64,000 bases of DNA from Podarcis pityusensis (Eukaryota). The stretch lies in assembly GCA_964106645.2 (NCBI GenBank), contig OZ067039.1, one strand, 5' to 3'. This document shows, piece by piece, positions 63,901 to 64,000 of this stretch (positions are counted from its first letter, which is position 1; every line of letters begins with the position of its first letter). Position numbers and translations under genes: made by a program. The notes beneath the pieces are model-generated. The model ran no database searches, was not told where the DNA came from, and saw only the letters and a list, made by a program, of their open reading frames with translations.

Positions 63901-64000
63901 TTATAGGACATGGTTGTAATTAGTTAGTGGTGAAGGCACTCTGCACATGCTTAATAAGCCCACTTTTTGAGCTGAAATTAATTTCCTAAGAATTAGTTTC

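Overview
Vertebrate (squamate lizard, most likely lacertid, judged from a full-length Sauria SINE, a Bov-B tail and tRNA/CR1-type SINEs) genomic DNA containing the 5' half of EBF1 (COE/Olf-1 family transcription factor) on the minus strand. Coding exons 1-6 (134, 157, 64, 56, 74 and 69 nt; 554 nt in total; all GT-AG and phase-compatible) lie between 59319 and 30148 and encode most of the COE DNA-binding domain, including the HCCC zinc knuckle. Bases 1-30147 are the start of the large intron 6, and exon 7 is not visible in the window. A CpG island (~54.3-62.6 kb) covers exons 1-4 and the promoter(s). The introns alternate between repeat-free, CpG-retaining, homeobox-motif-rich blocks (candidate conserved enhancers) and many short transposon remnants (SINEs, hAT/Tc1/Harbinger-like MITEs, L2/RTE/CR1 fragments, one nested LTR cluster). 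There are two assembly gaps. I found no second protein-coding gene and no evidence for a wholly new multi-gene system. The most interesting leads are regulatory: a GCC-repeat polyalanine uORF in the presumed EBF1 leader, a two-start/two-promoter architecture, an ancient MER135-like hairpin in intron 6, an RTE relic with an open frame, and a three-level transposon nest. Repeat family names come from recognition and were not checked against a database.
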